This document shows positions 10,254 to 20,871 of a DNA stretch of 64,000 nt, piece after piece. The notes beneath the pieces were generated by a model. That model ran no database searches and was not told the origin of the DNA. It saw only the letters and a list, made by a program, of their open reading frames with translations. This stretch comes from Nitrospirales bacterium. Its GTDB lineage: Bacteria; Nitrospirota; Nitrospiria; Nitrospirales; UBA8639. Made by a program: the position numbers and the translations under genes. Each line of letters begins with the position of its first letter. Position 1 is the stretch's first letter. The stretch lies in assembly GCA_965223295.1 (NCBI GenBank), contig CBDCWC010000002.1:1696001-1760000 (forward strand). The letters are read 5' to 3'.

Positions 10254-10319
10254 CGAGACTCTTCCTTCATAAGTACAGACATTTCTTCCTTTGATTTATT
10301 GAAGAAATACTTTGATGGC

Positions 10320-10859
10320 TTATTTTTCTCCGTAATAGTCGCCATACTCCACGACAATCGTACTCCGGCCATCGTCGCGCAATAACGCTCTTTCATACGC
10401 AGGGAAAATATCTATTGGCTCCTCTAGCCGAATCACCTCAATCGTGCTGCACATACTGCGAATCGCATCCGTAAAATCACCAACATGTTGATGCTGAGGA
10501 TGCAACGGCCGCTCAGAACCAATTCCCGTCCGTATGATCGCTTTGGTCTTGAACCGATTATTCGACATCACTTGAATCTTATCCAGGTGATTTATCAGTT
10601 GGCTAATCGCACACAATAAAAAATTCCAGCGCGGGAAAATACTAACCGGCACCATCCCGGCTAATGCCATTCCAGTCGCCATACCCATCTGCATCTCTTC
10701 TGCAACAGGCAATTCGAGGAGACGATCGCGTGGCACATCCGTCAGCGTATTGCTCATAGCCGTCCCAGGCACTGCTACTGCTTGCCCCATAAATATCGTG
10801 CGCGAATCCTCAGAGAGGAACGTCATGGCGCGTTTCAGTTCATCAAAATATTTCATCAC
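10320..10859 (-). CDS. Transketolase/E1-beta-like pyrimidine-binding domain protein (no C-terminal domain)
   Basis: ELPVAEEMQMGMATGMAL, HPQHQH. Confidence 0.8.
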   Translation of the reverse strand: MMKYFDELKRAMTFLSEDSRTIFMGQAVAVPGTAMSNTLTDVPRDRLLELPVAEEMQMGMATGMALAGMVPVSIFPRWNFLLCAISQLINHLDKIQVMSNNRFKTKAIIRTGIGSERPLHPQHQHVGDFTDAIRSMCSTIEVIRLEEPIDIFPAYERALLRDDGRSTIVVEYGDYYGEK

Positions 10860-10957
10860 TTTTTCCGTTGGAAATTTTTGTGTGTATCATTACATGGCTA
10901 CCAGTAATGCTGTGCTCATGCTCAGCCCTGATTGCCTGTGATCGTTGTCTAGTCGAG

Positions 10958-11557
10958 TTAAAATTGAACCCGCACGCCAGCCCCGGCATGCGGATACTTA
11001 GTTTCATAGCGATATGAGGTAATGTACTCATTCTGAACGTCTTCAAAACTCAACTGCGGTTGATTCCAAACCTCCCGTGTGTCCGTGCAGACTGATTTGC
11101 CATTATCTTCGACCACAAAGTGGATCGGTAATCGATGATTGCGACTATACTTCATCGCTTCATGCGCCGCTCCCGTTTCAGCAGTCATTTCTCCCATGAA
11201 ACAATAGACTCTCGCATCCTCATTACCGCGACAAATGGCCATGGCTGTTCCAACTGCAATGGGCAATACACCCCCGACAATGGCAGAAGAAAAAATACGG
11301 TAGTCTGGGAAGCACAAAGAAATGGAACGCCCTGCCAAAATTTCTGTTCGGATCTGCTCTCGAGGAACACCTTTGAGCAAACATTGGTAATGAGACCGCC
11401 AAGAACAAAACACCCAATCTTGCGGTCGAATATTCTTGAAGACCGCAATCATTTGCTCTTCATTGCCTGAGTAGAGATGAACCGGGGCACGAATCTTTCC
11501 GGCATTAAATAACTCCGCAATTTCTTCTTCGAATGCGATTAGCTCTTCTTTGGTCAT
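10958..11557 (-). CDS. TPP-binding E1-alpha-like protein (short form)
   Basis: HLYSGNE, WRSHY, SAIVGG, GEM...EDN variant of the GDG..NN TPP motif. Confidence 0.8.
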   Translation of the reverse strand: MTKEELIAFEEEIAELFNAGKIRAPVHLYSGNEEQMIAVFKNIRPQDWVFCSWRSHYQCLLKGVPREQIRTEILAGRSISLCFPDYRIFSSAIVGGVLPIAVGTAMAICRGNEDARVYCFMGEMTAETGAAHEAMKYSRNHRLPIHFVVEDNGKSVCTDTREVWNQPQLSFEDVQNEYITSYRYETKYPHAGAGVRVQF

Positions 11558-11684
11558 CTATCAATCCTCCATGGACCAGGAGATTTACACTCACGATTAC
11601 AATACCTTACATGATTACGATTTTCACCATTCCAAAAGCACCGCATGAACAATGCCTGTCGATATCGCTGCATGTGAAATCCAT

Positions 11685-12665
11685 TCATGTAGAGGAGCAA
11701 ATCAGTCTCGAATGTTTCGATGAGATTATTTCTAGATTCTCCACATACCAATCATACGTCGTCGCAAGACCTTCGGAAAGATCTACCGTCGGCTTCCAAC
11801 CCAATGAACGGATCCGCGTACTATCAAGCAGCTTGCGTGGGCACCCATCTGGCTTCTGTCGATCCCATTCAAGAGAACCCGTATATCCGACGATTTCTCT
11901 AATGACATTGACGAGCTCCTTAATGGATATATCCGACCCAACCCCCACGTTCATCGGCAGGTCAAGCTCTAGGTCCTCCATATTTAAGATGTGCAAACAC
12001 GCGTCAGCGATATCATCGGCATGCACAAATTCTCGTCGTGGTGTACCACTCCCCCAGAGCATCACAGACTTCTCCCCGGAAACTTTGGCGCGATGTAATT
12101 TTGCTATCAAGGCAGCCAGAACATGTCCAGACTCAGGATTGAAGTTATCGTAAGGCCCATAAGCACTATTCGGTATGAGTGGGAAAAACCGTGTCCTGTT
12201 ATCCTGTTGATTATAGGCCAGACAGAGCTGTACTCCGGCAAGTTTGGACATCGCATAAGGCAAGCTGGTGGGTTCCGGGGGTCCGGACAATATTGCCTCT
12301 TCCGCCATGGGTTGTGGACATTCACGGGGATACATACACGATGAGCCAAAAAAAATCAGCTTCTTGATATTCGTACGCCGTGCAGCTTTGAGGACATGAA
12401 GCTGTATCGTGAAATTTTCATCCATAAAGTCTGCCGGGAACGACTGGTTCTCAACGATGCCCCCCACTCGTCCTGCGGCAAACACGACATAGTCCGGACG
12501 CACATTGTCAAAAAATCCGGAAACGCACTTCCAGTCCTGCAAATCAAGCTCACGACGACTTCTGGTCACAATTCTTTGGTATCCCTCATGCTGAAGTCGA
12601 CGAACAACAGCGGAGCCAATAAGCCCAGCATGGCCAGCCACATATATGATGGATTGACGATTCAT
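11685..12665 (-). CDS. fcl: GDP-L-fucose synthase/ColC-like epimerase-reductase
   Basis: VAGHAGLIGS, GSSCMYP, YAMSK, SGHVL, WGSGTPRREF, KPDG. Confidence 0.8.
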   Translation of the reverse strand: MNRQSIIYVAGHAGLIGSAVVRRLQHEGYQRIVTRSRRELDLQDWKCVSGFFDNVRPDYVVFAAGRVGGIVENQSFPADFMDENFTIQLHVLKAARRTNIKKLIFFGSSCMYPRECPQPMAEEAILSGPPEPTSLPYAMSKLAGVQLCLAYNQQDNRTRFFPLIPNSAYGPYDNFNPESGHVLAALIAKLHRAKVSGEKSVMLWGSGTPRREFVHADDIADACLHILNMEDLELDLPMNVGVGSDISIKELVNVIREIVGYTGSLEWDRQKPDGCPRKLLDSTRIRSLGWKPTVDLSEGLATTYDWYVENLEIISSKHSRLICSST

Positions 12666-12673
12666 CGTGATCG

Positions 12674-13675
12674 TTAAAACAACCCATTGGGTTGATACAA
12701 CACCACTCGGCTACCGGCTGTCTCAAACCGCACGGGAACATGGATGAGACTCTTCAGCTCCGCTCTAACCTTCATCTGTAAATCCGGGGGAACAAACAAC
12801 AAAAGAAATCCACCTCCCCCTGCACCAAGGAGTTTTCCGCCTACAGCTCCAGTACGCCGCGCCCGCTCATAGAGCTCATCAATTTCCGGAGTCGACACTT
12901 TCTGAGAAAGTCCTCGCTTACACAACCAACTCTCGTGGAGCAATTGTCCAATTTCTTGAATCGGCACAGTCGTGCTCTGAAGAATCTGAATGGCGTCGTC
13001 AACCATTTCCTTCATCCGATGCAACACAGCCTCTCGACTCTTCAAGTTGTCAATTTGGTCCTTCGCGATATCAGACGCGATGCGAGAGAAGCCGGTAAAA
13101 CACAGCATTAAGTGAGACTGAAACTCACGCAATCGCTCTTCCTTCAGGACAATAGGAGAAACTTGAAACGCCCCGTCAGTCGTGAAATCCACTCTATTCA
13201 AACCACCAAAAGCGGCGGCAATTTGATCCTGTGATCCAACATTTTCATTGATGACCTTTTGCTCAACGAATATCGCTTGCCTGGCCAATTCGTCTTTTGA
13301 AATATATCGGCCCCTCAACGCTGTCAGCGCATGAATCAATCCAACCGTAAATGACGAGCTGGAACCGAGACCAGCCCGGGCTGGCAAATCACCATCATGA
13401 TGAATCTCTAACCCTTCACTTTCCGAGCCCGACCAGCTCAGAATCCCACGGACTGCAGGATGCTTAATTTCCTCAATCCGCTGTACATTCTCCACGATTG
13501 AATAGACGATTCGATGTCGGTGTTCAAAAAAAGGCGGAAGATGTCGACAACTAATATAGCAATACTTATCAATCGAGGTGGAAAGAACAACTCCCCCATG
13601 ATCTTGATACCAGGCCGGATAATCTGTACCGCCACCAAAAAAAGAAATCCTGAAGGGCGTTTTAGTGATAATCAT
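12674..13675 (-). CDS. hddA: GHMP kinase, D-glycero-D-manno-heptose 7-phosphate kinase-like
   Basis: TPFRISFFGGGTD, GLGSSS, GSQDQ, GGKLLGAGGGG. Confidence 0.82.
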   Translation of the reverse strand: MIITKTPFRISFFGGGTDYPAWYQDHGGVVLSTSIDKYCYISCRHLPPFFEHRHRIVYSIVENVQRIEEIKHPAVRGILSWSGSESEGLEIHHDGDLPARAGLGSSSSFTVGLIHALTALRGRYISKDELARQAIFVEQKVINENVGSQDQIAAAFGGLNRVDFTTDGAFQVSPIVLKEERLREFQSHLMLCFTGFSRIASDIAKDQIDNLKSREAVLHRMKEMVDDAIQILQSTTVPIQEIGQLLHESWLCKRGLSQKVSTPEIDELYERARRTGAVGGKLLGAGGGGFLLLFVPPDLQMKVRAELKSLIHVPVRFETAGSRVVLYQPNGLF

Positions 13676-13722
13676 AGTTTCGATGAAAGGTGAACGTTGA
13701 CACCCTGCTTAGGCTGTGGGCA

Positions 13723-15279
13723 CTAATCACCAAATAATTTCCTCCGCAATGGAATCTTAGTCATGGCTTCAACATTTCTCCGTTCCATAATCCCGAACTT
13801 TTTTTCAACAAGATCTAAATAGGCTGGATTGGTAAAATATGTTTGCCAAGCAGCATCACGAAACTTCAATACATCAGCGGCGGCAACATATTTTGTGGGA
13901 AGCGGCTCGCTCTCATAGGACAAGAACCCATACCCCGTATAGGTCTGCGGCAACTTCCACCCATTCTGTTGGGCAACATAGTACAAGGGACTGCCTGGAA
14001 GTGCTTGACAGGGATACATATTGGCCATTTCCGTATTGAGCTCCATCGCCAAATCTAAGGTTTCCTGCATCGTCTCATTGGTATCCTCAGGAAATCCGAA
14101 AATATAATTGCTAATGATGTTCATACCCTCACCTCTGACCTTCTGGCACACATCACGAATATTGATTTCTTGAAATGATCCCTTGGAAACTTCCTGGCGA
14201 ACCGTTTGATTGCCAGCCTCAATACCAAGCGCTAACCAATTAATTCCTGCGTTCATAAATAATTCGATATATTCTTGGCGAACCGTATCCACCCTCGCAT
14301 ACGCCCACATCCGTAGCTTGAGTTTGCGATCGATAATATTGCGTAGCAATGGGTCATAATACTTCCTATTCAAAAAAAACATTTCGTCACTGATGCGAAC
14401 AGTTTCTACCCCCAAGTTAGCGAGTTTTTCAAGCTCGTCCCCGATCAATTGTGTACTCCAAAACCTCATTCCTCGAGAGTGCGATGCATCGATTTGGCTT
14501 TGGTTGTCTATACGATTGACAATATTAATCATGCAGAATTCACAGGAGAACGGACATCCAAGCGACGTATAGATCGCCGCAAAAGGTGTGCGCTTCTCAT
14601 GTGAAAATTCTGCATGCCAAAAGTGCGCTCGATACAAATCAAGCGGCCGGGACTTGTAGGGCAGAAGATCCCACGCATAGCCGGGCATATCAACATCCAT
14701 TTGATCTTGCGGGACAGTCGACTGCGGTTCGTTCAAGACCGCCTTTTTCCCAACAGCCGAATCGTCAACTTTGTAGCCAATCCCTTTCACTGACTCAAGA
14801 CGGGTACGAAGATCTGTTTGCAAGAGAGCGTGTAACGCATACACTCCTTCATTCAACAACACAAAATCGACAAAGGCGTATTGCAACACTTCCATAGGCA
14901 ACGCACTCGTGTGTGATCCAACAAAACAAACCGGAATGGCATGGATTTGTAATTTCAGTTCTTCCGCTAACACCGTCGCACCAATCATTCCTGTCGTACC
15001 GGAATTGGGATTTTGTCCATACACTACAAATACTGCAAGGCGGGGATTGGCATCCTTAATGCAATTCACAGCCTCCTGAAGCGATAAATTTTCCGCCGTA
15101 CAGTCTAAAATCGCTACACCAAAGCCCTTCGCACGACAAGACTGCGCCAACAACAAAGCCCAGGTGGGCGGCTCGATTGCTGTGTAAGTCTGGGCTAAAC
15201 CTTGGTACGCCTGAAAGGAAGAGTCCGCATTAATGAAAAGAACATCCAATTTTCGGCTCGGCATCTTAGGTTTCATCAC
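13723..15279 (-). CDS. Cobalamin-binding radical SAM protein
   Basis: N-terminal B12-binding-like domain (EPP..., FVGSH), CPFSCEFC, LGIEAG, IFGFPED. Confidence 0.88.
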   Translation of the reverse strand: MMKPKMPSRKLDVLFINADSSFQAYQGLAQTYTAIEPPTWALLLAQSCRAKGFGVAILDCTAENLSLQEAVNCIKDANPRLAVFVVYGQNPNSGTTGMIGATVLAEELKLQIHAIPVCFVGSHTSALPMEVLQYAFVDFVLLNEGVYALHALLQTDLRTRLESVKGIGYKVDDSAVGKKAVLNEPQSTVPQDQMDVDMPGYAWDLLPYKSRPLDLYRAHFWHAEFSHEKRTPFAAIYTSLGCPFSCEFCMINIVNRIDNQSQIDASHSRGMRFWSTQLIGDELEKLANLGVETVRISDEMFFLNRKYYDPLLRNIIDRKLKLRMWAYARVDTVRQEYIELFMNAGINWLALGIEAGNQTVRQEVSKGSFQEINIRDVCQKVRGEGMNIISNYIFGFPEDTNETMQETLDLAMELNTEMANMYPCQALPGSPLYYVAQQNGWKLPQTYTGYGFLSYESEPLPTKYVAAADVLKFRDAAWQTYFTNPAYLDLVEKKFGIMERRNVEAMTKIPLRRKLFGD

Positions 15280-15318
15280 TGTTTGGAGCTACCTCTCTAT
15301 CTTCAAATAATTTCCAAC

Positions 15319-15909
15319 TCATGCTCCGACATTGTTATTTGATTCTTGGGATTGATAATACCTGTAATACACGGCAAGAGTATGAGCTTCTTCTATCTCA
15401 GCTCGTTGCGCCATTCCAGCAAACTCTCTTAGAGTGAAAAACCGTAAGGTCTTATGGCCCAGTTCATTCGCCTTAAAGCATTTTCCCTCACTACAGTTAG
15501 GGGCAGCAAAGAGCTGTGTACGAGCAGCTAAGATTCCCGGCTCTGGCAATATAGTACCTAGATCAATCATTTCCTGATGATCACAACTTAACCCGGTTTC
15601 CTCTTCCAACTCCCGTACAGCTGCAGCAAGAGCCTTCTCCCCAGCTTCGACAAAGCCTCGAGGAACCTCCCAAGTAAACTCCGTGACAGGATAACGGTAG
15701 ATCTGCAGCAAGCCCAATTTTCCATCGAGAATAGGTAGAATCGCCACTCCTGTTACATGATTATGGGATTTTTGTCGTGGCCTCACCACTATAAAATCCC
15801 TAACCGTTTCGCCCGATGAACCCGCAATATGGTCTAAGAACACTTCGATCAGACGATTCGCACAACCTACCTTTCGTTTAATAAGACGTATAGGATTGTT
15901 GTCTGTCAT
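15319..15909 (-). CDS. NUDIX hydrolase (NDP-sugar pyrophosphatase-like)
   Basis: Nudix box GFVEAGEKALAAAVRELEEETG. Confidence 0.88.
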   Translation of the reverse strand: MTDNNPIRLIKRKVGCANRLIEVFLDHIAGSSGETVRDFIVVRPRQKSHNHVTGVAILPILDGKLGLLQIYRYPVTEFTWEVPRGFVEAGEKALAAAVRELEEETGLSCDHQEMIDLGTILPEPGILAARTQLFAAPNCSEGKCFKANELGHKTLRFFTLREFAGMAQRAEIEEAHTLAVYYRYYQSQESNNNVGA

Positions 15910-16321
15910 ATGAGGTCAATGAGAATCTGGCAAAATAAACTACCAACTCACAAGGTTTCTCTTGCCTGGAACGCAGAGAACATAAAGACAAGACACGGGA
16001 GATTAACAGCTCCCTCCTTACCTAATTCTTTTAAATTTTTTCTGTCTCTTAAACCTTGCTCTTCATGCTTTAGAATTTTGTTGGGTACACACACTCTCTC
16101 TCCCTGAAGATTCAGAATGTGGCTCATATCTTTTGTGGTTTCCCTACATATTTTAAGACTTTTTATAAAACCAGTACATAAACACATCAACTTTTAGACC
16201 GTAATGTCAAATACCTCACAACAACAAAAAGTGAAAAAAGTAGCACCTTTCAACTGCCCATCACGATAGTTACTACTCTTACCCCCGTATTGGTATTTTC
16301 TATTATGCCTTGCCTCATTCT

Positions 16322-17647
16322 TTATCGCTTTAACCATTCTCTATCCAATGGAATAGGTTCACTGGACTTCCTCCAACCCCCTCGTTCTATTAAAAGAAGA
16401 GATGCCCCGACGAGAATCCAAAACAGATAGGAATGGCTCCCACCAAAGCTATCGTCGAAAAAAATTCGAACAAAAAACCCCGTGGCCATCAAGAGAGCTC
16501 CTAGTATCCAGTAGTAGTAGACCTCCACATCTGCAGCCTTCAAGGCACACCATAGAGACATCCACACCTTGCCCACCAACCAGCCAAACAAAAACAATCC
16601 TGGAAGACCGGAACCCATGGCGACCATGAGGTACCAATTATGAGGTTTTTCTGGAATTTCTGGAATTGCAGTTTCTGTAGCCTCTAGTTGCTCAATATGG
16701 TCTCGGTGCTGCTGTTCAAAGATTGTCACTCCGTAACCCACTCCAGTAAAAGGATGAGCGAGAATATCCGACAGACTCATTTCCCATACAGCTAAGCGGG
16801 ATTTGATCGTCCAGGTATCCAACGTATCATGATGTAGACCGGTAGAAGGAAGGAGAAATATGATTATTGAAAAAAGAAGGAAGCCCAAACCAAAGGCCCA
16901 GTACGCCATTTTCTTATTGAAAAACCAACAAGCCAAAACTATTTGTGCAAAGAATCCCAACCAGGCTCCTCGGCTATAAGAAAAAATCAATCCCAATAAT
17001 GCAAACCATACCGCACAGGCCAATAAAACACGGACAAGTAAAGCTTCCATGATAAACAACCCTGTAACTAGGACCGGCAATACGATTAATACATTAGTAC
17101 TGAGCCAGGTAAAATCAGCTCCATTAGACAGGGGAAATCCGGCGCGAACATTTCGATCCCAAATGTTCCCCCCACGTTCCCAAAAATCAAAAAGAGAGTA
17201 ACTACAGCAGAGGATCGTCCCCACACCAATGGTCATGAAAATCATTCGCCTAAAACCCGACTCGGGCTGCTCTTTGACAATGAGACATGTTCCATAAAAG
17301 ACTACAAACTGCGCTGCAACTTTTTGCCATTCCTTCAAACTGCTCCAAGGGTCAATGGAAAAGGGAATCGTCAATGCTATCCAGACAACCAAACACAAAA
17401 ATGGTGCGGCAATGGGAGTATGAATCCAGAGAGACTTGCCAGCCTGCCAACTCAGCAGAACCCCAATTCCAACGAGAATAAAGAACAGATACTCCTGAAG
17501 ATGGAAGAGTCGGGGAGAGAATCCAAGCAACAGGACAAGACAAAGGCCCCATCCCAACATAGTCCAACTCAGATCTGGAGCGGATAAATCTTTAGCCCAA
17601 AACTTTCTGACTTGATTCACATCAGTGTGTATAGACATGATGCTCAT
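16322..17647 (-). CDS. O-antigen ligase family membrane protein (WaaL/Wzy_C-like)
   Basis: Multi-TM; SYSRGAW, HPFTGVGYG, PHNWY motifs. Confidence 0.82.
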   Translation of the reverse strand: MSIMSIHTDVNQVRKFWAKDLSAPDLSWTMLGWGLCLVLLLGFSPRLFHLQEYLFFILVGIGVLLSWQAGKSLWIHTPIAAPFLCLVVWIALTIPFSIDPWSSLKEWQKVAAQFVVFYGTCLIVKEQPESGFRRMIFMTIGVGTILCCSYSLFDFWERGGNIWDRNVRAGFPLSNGADFTWLSTNVLIVLPVLVTGLFIMEALLVRVLLACAVWFALLGLIFSYSRGAWLGFFAQIVLACWFFNKKMAYWAFGLGFLLFSIIIFLLPSTGLHHDTLDTWTIKSRLAVWEMSLSDILAHPFTGVGYGVTIFEQQHRDHIEQLEATETAIPEIPEKPHNWYLMVAMGSGLPGLFLFGWLVGKVWMSLWCALKAADVEVYYYWILGALLMATGFFVRIFFDDSFGGSHSYLFWILVGASLLLIERGGWRKSSEPIPLDREWLKR

Positions 17648-17806
17648 TCACATGAGAAAGAAAAGACTAGAGCTCAGCTTCTCAACGACCCTCCTATTTT
17701 TGTGTCATTCGCCGCTAATTAATGGGGCAAGTAGATTCTTACTAAAAAACATGAACACAATGAGTTCTGTTGATGAGCAAGTGCCAGGATATCAATCGCC
17801 TCGGCC

Positions 17807-18772
17807 CTATATGCCCCGTGCAATCAGATCATGCAGATGAATCATACCGATAACTTTTTCTTGGTGATCTAATACAGGCAAGACAGAAATGGGTTTTTCG
17901 CGTTTCTCCATAAACTCTAAAGCCTTAAAAGCTTTTTCATCTGCATAGACCCAGCTCGGCTTGGGATTCATCATGTCGGCAAGCGACAACGAAAACGGAT
18001 CCCGTCCTTCTTCTAACGTCCGTCGAATATCGAAATCGGTAATGAGCCCCAACAAACGCTGCTGATCATCAATAATCGAAACAGCTCCCGCCCGTTTGCT
18101 TGTCATCTCAACAAGCATCGCCCGAAAAGACTCGGCTTTATCGATTACCGGGTTCGCTGCATCTTTGCGCATGCAATCCCCAACCGTGAGGAGCAATCGC
18201 TTGCCCAGTTGGCCACCGGGGTGAAACAACGCAAAATCTCCAGATTGAAAATTTCGAAGTTTCATAAGAGCTATGGCAATAGCATCACCTAAAACCAACG
18301 CCGCGGTTGTACTACAGGTTGGTGCCATGTTCAACGGACAGGCTTCTTCTTCAATGGGAGTGAGCAACACAACGTCGCTTCCGCATGCTAACGTGGATTC
18401 CGTTTTGGCAGTAATCGAAATTATTCTTGCACCTATCTTTCGAATAAAAGGGAGCACGGCCAGCACTTCTTCACTTTCTCCCGATTTTCCAATCGCAATC
18501 ACAATATCCTCTTTTGCCACAATGCCAATATCCCCGTGCATCGCTTCAGACCCATGGAGAAACACGGCAGGCGTTCCCGTAGACACCATCGTAGCTGAAA
18601 TTTTATTAGCAATTAGGCCAGATTTCCCCACACCCATGAGGATGACTTTCCCTTGACAAGCCTGTAACATTTTGACGGCTTCTTCGAACGGCGAAGTCAG
18701 ACTGTCCTCTAAATCGTGGAGCGTCTTAGCCTCTAACAGAATGACGCGCCGCAATTCGTTGAGAATATCCAT
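17807..18772 (-). CDS. kdsD: Arabinose-5-phosphate isomerase (SIS + 2 CBS domains)
   Basis: GVGKSG, EAMHGDIG, EACPLNMAPT, FHPGGQLG, C-terminal CBS pair. Confidence 0.93.
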   Translation of the reverse strand: MDILNELRRVILLEAKTLHDLEDSLTSPFEEAVKMLQACQGKVILMGVGKSGLIANKISATMVSTGTPAVFLHGSEAMHGDIGIVAKEDIVIAIGKSGESEEVLAVLPFIRKIGARIISITAKTESTLACGSDVVLLTPIEEEACPLNMAPTCSTTAALVLGDAIAIALMKLRNFQSGDFALFHPGGQLGKRLLLTVGDCMRKDAANPVIDKAESFRAMLVEMTSKRAGAVSIIDDQQRLLGLITDFDIRRTLEEGRDPFSLSLADMMNPKPSWVYADEKAFKALEFMEKREKPISVLPVLDHQEKVIGMIHLHDLIARGI

Positions 18773-19116
18773 ATGGCTACATGTTCAAAAAACTGTGAGA
18801 CATTTAGTTTGGCACCTAGAAAATCATTTGAAGTACTATTCTTGTAAATTGAGAGGAACAGGTAAACCCACTCTTATTTGGAAAGATTCAAAGACCACGA
18901 TTCTATCAAACTAACTACAGAGGAGGGGGAACGTCTAACCAGTCTCGAGAATGGAACATCTCCAGCAAAGAATATTCGAAGGACACCTATCAATGAATAC
19001 ATCAATTCTATAGTTTGGTCAACTCTACCTAAGTGATAATAGATTTTCATTCATAACAAATCCACTCAGCCAGGCATCTTCTTGTTCGCGCAAACATTAG
19101 GAAACACTTACGAATC

Positions 19117-19830
19117 ATGATCCCTGCACCGGCGACAAGATCAAAACGTCTCACAAGAAAATCGACACAACAGATTAAGCAAATGTATGAAGCCCTCGAC
19201 TACAAAGGCCTCGGTCCGATTTATTGCGACGAAGGAGGTGACGAGTTTTGGGCCGATCGCCGCGAACCTTGTCAAAAATTGGGGAGCGCGATAGCCAGAG
19301 CCCTTAAGGTCCGCCTGCCACCGCATGGACGGAGCCTCTACGTCGGCGCGGGGGTCCCTGAGATTCCCCCTCTGTTAATGGAACATCTAGAACTGAACCG
19401 GACTGTCTGCCCGTATAATCTCCGACGAGGCGAAGTTGATATTCTCAATCGCGCAGGGAAGAAAAGTGGAGTATCATTCTCTTGCAATTCGGCCGAGTCC
19501 GCGACGGGAATATTTGACCACCTCTGGATCGTTAGCGTCTTGAATGATCCGGAGGAATTTCCCACGCTCTCAGTCCTGTTTTCTTATGGTCGGGCAGACC
19601 CTCTAACGTTTGACACAACGGCTTTTTCTATTGAACGAGAAACAGGCATTCGCCTCTTTGCCAATTGTATGGCAAAACTGACACGCCCTGGATGGCTCAC
19701 CACCTCAGTTGAAGAACTGCCTTGGGTTGAACATTGGTGTGAAGTCCAACATCGTTCCTACCACCTCGAAGAACCAATGTACCCCACAGCCCTTGTCGGC
19801 GATCCTGTGTGTTTTATTCGAATTGAATAA
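19117..19830 (+). CDS. Hypothetical protein, possible methyltransferase-like fold
   Basis: 237-aa ORF; SLYVGAG resembles SAM motif I. Confidence 0.55.
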   Translation: MIPAPATRSKRLTRKSTQQIKQMYEALDYKGLGPIYCDEGGDEFWADRREPCQKLGSAIARALKVRLPPHGRSLYVGAGVPEIPPLLMEHLELNRTVCPYNLRRGEVDILNRAGKKSGVSFSCNSAESATGIFDHLWIVSVLNDPEEFPTLSVLFSYGRADPLTFDTTAFSIERETGIRLFANCMAKLTRPGWLTTSVEELPWVEHWCEVQHRSYHLEEPMYPTALVGDPVCFIRIE

Positions 19831-19892
19831 GGATTAAAGATGGACCTCATGTTCGCCTTTTCAGTGTAGATGGGATCAGACAAAGACAGACC

Positions 19893-20861
19893 ATGAACCC
19901 ACCAATACCAGTCGGGCTGATCGGACTAGGACGGCATGGCCGCCGATATCTTCGTCATCTGATGGAAGAAGACACTAGCGGACAACTCGTGGCGATAAGC
20001 CGTCAACAAAGAGAAGAAGGACAGCGCCAAGCAGCCCAGCACCGGGTTAAATTCTTCCCTAACTATCGAGACCTGATCGCCGACCCAGCTATTAAGGCGA
20101 TCTTGGTAGTGGTCCCGCCAGAAATGCACAGGCCAATTGCCTTGGAAACCATTCGTCACCGCAAAGCCCTACTCCTGGAAAAGCCCTTAGCGTTGAATTC
20201 GAATGAGGGAAGGCAGATTGTCGAAGCGGCACACACAGCAGGCGTCCCTCTGATGACAGGACACACCCTGCGATACGATCCTGTCATTCAAAACATTCAA
20301 GAAAATGCCTCCACGCTCGGCCCCTGGAAGTCCTTACGTGGAACCATGCACTTGGAAGAACAGCCAGAAGCAAAGACCGGCCCAAAACCCGGACATGGTG
20401 TTCTCCTGGATATTGGCATTCATTTGTTGGACTGGATGCGCATGATGCTGCCGAAAGAACCACTCACCGTATCGGCCAAGATGACGCGCTCATCCATAGA
20501 CATACCTGAAGTGCAAGCAAAAATCATCCTGACAACACCATCGGGTCGTACCTGTCACCTGAATATCGCTAGAGTACGCACAAAGCGAGTTACACACATT
20601 GAAGTTCTGGGAAAAACAAGACGTATTCGAGGTGATTGGACAAATGGTCAGATACAAATCTTTGAGCAAGAGACACTTATATCTGATAACATCGTGCCAC
20701 CTATGTCCACGATCGTACACATGCTCAACGATTTTTTTCAAACACTTCAAGCAGATCAGCCTCCTCCCATTACGGGAGAAGAGGGCCTGCGAGCCGTAGA
20801 ATTAACAGAGGCTTGCTATCAAGCAGCGCAAACGGGTCAACACATTTCTTTTCCGCAATAA
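19893..20861 (+). CDS. Gfo/Idh/MocA family oxidoreductase
   Basis: GLIGLGRHG, LLEKP, LLDIGIH. Confidence 0.88.
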   Translation: MNPPIPVGLIGLGRHGRRYLRHLMEEDTSGQLVAISRQQREEGQRQAAQHRVKFFPNYRDLIADPAIKAILVVVPPEMHRPIALETIRHRKALLLEKPLALNSNEGRQIVEAAHTAGVPLMTGHTLRYDPVIQNIQENASTLGPWKSLRGTMHLEEQPEAKTGPKPGHGVLLDIGIHLLDWMRMMLPKEPLTVSAKMTRSSIDIPEVQAKIILTTPSGRTCHLNIARVRTKRVTHIEVLGKTRRIRGDWTNGQIQIFEQETLISDNIVPPMSTIVHMLNDFFQTLQADQPPPITGEEGLRAVELTEACYQAAQTGQHISFPQ

Positions 20862-20871
20862 AGCACTCCTG

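Noticed and set aside
15910-16321. JUMPstart/ops element or real ORF (15948..16190) upstream of the sugar genes
   Set aside because: No ops-like motif seen; ORF lacks an RBS and recognisable features
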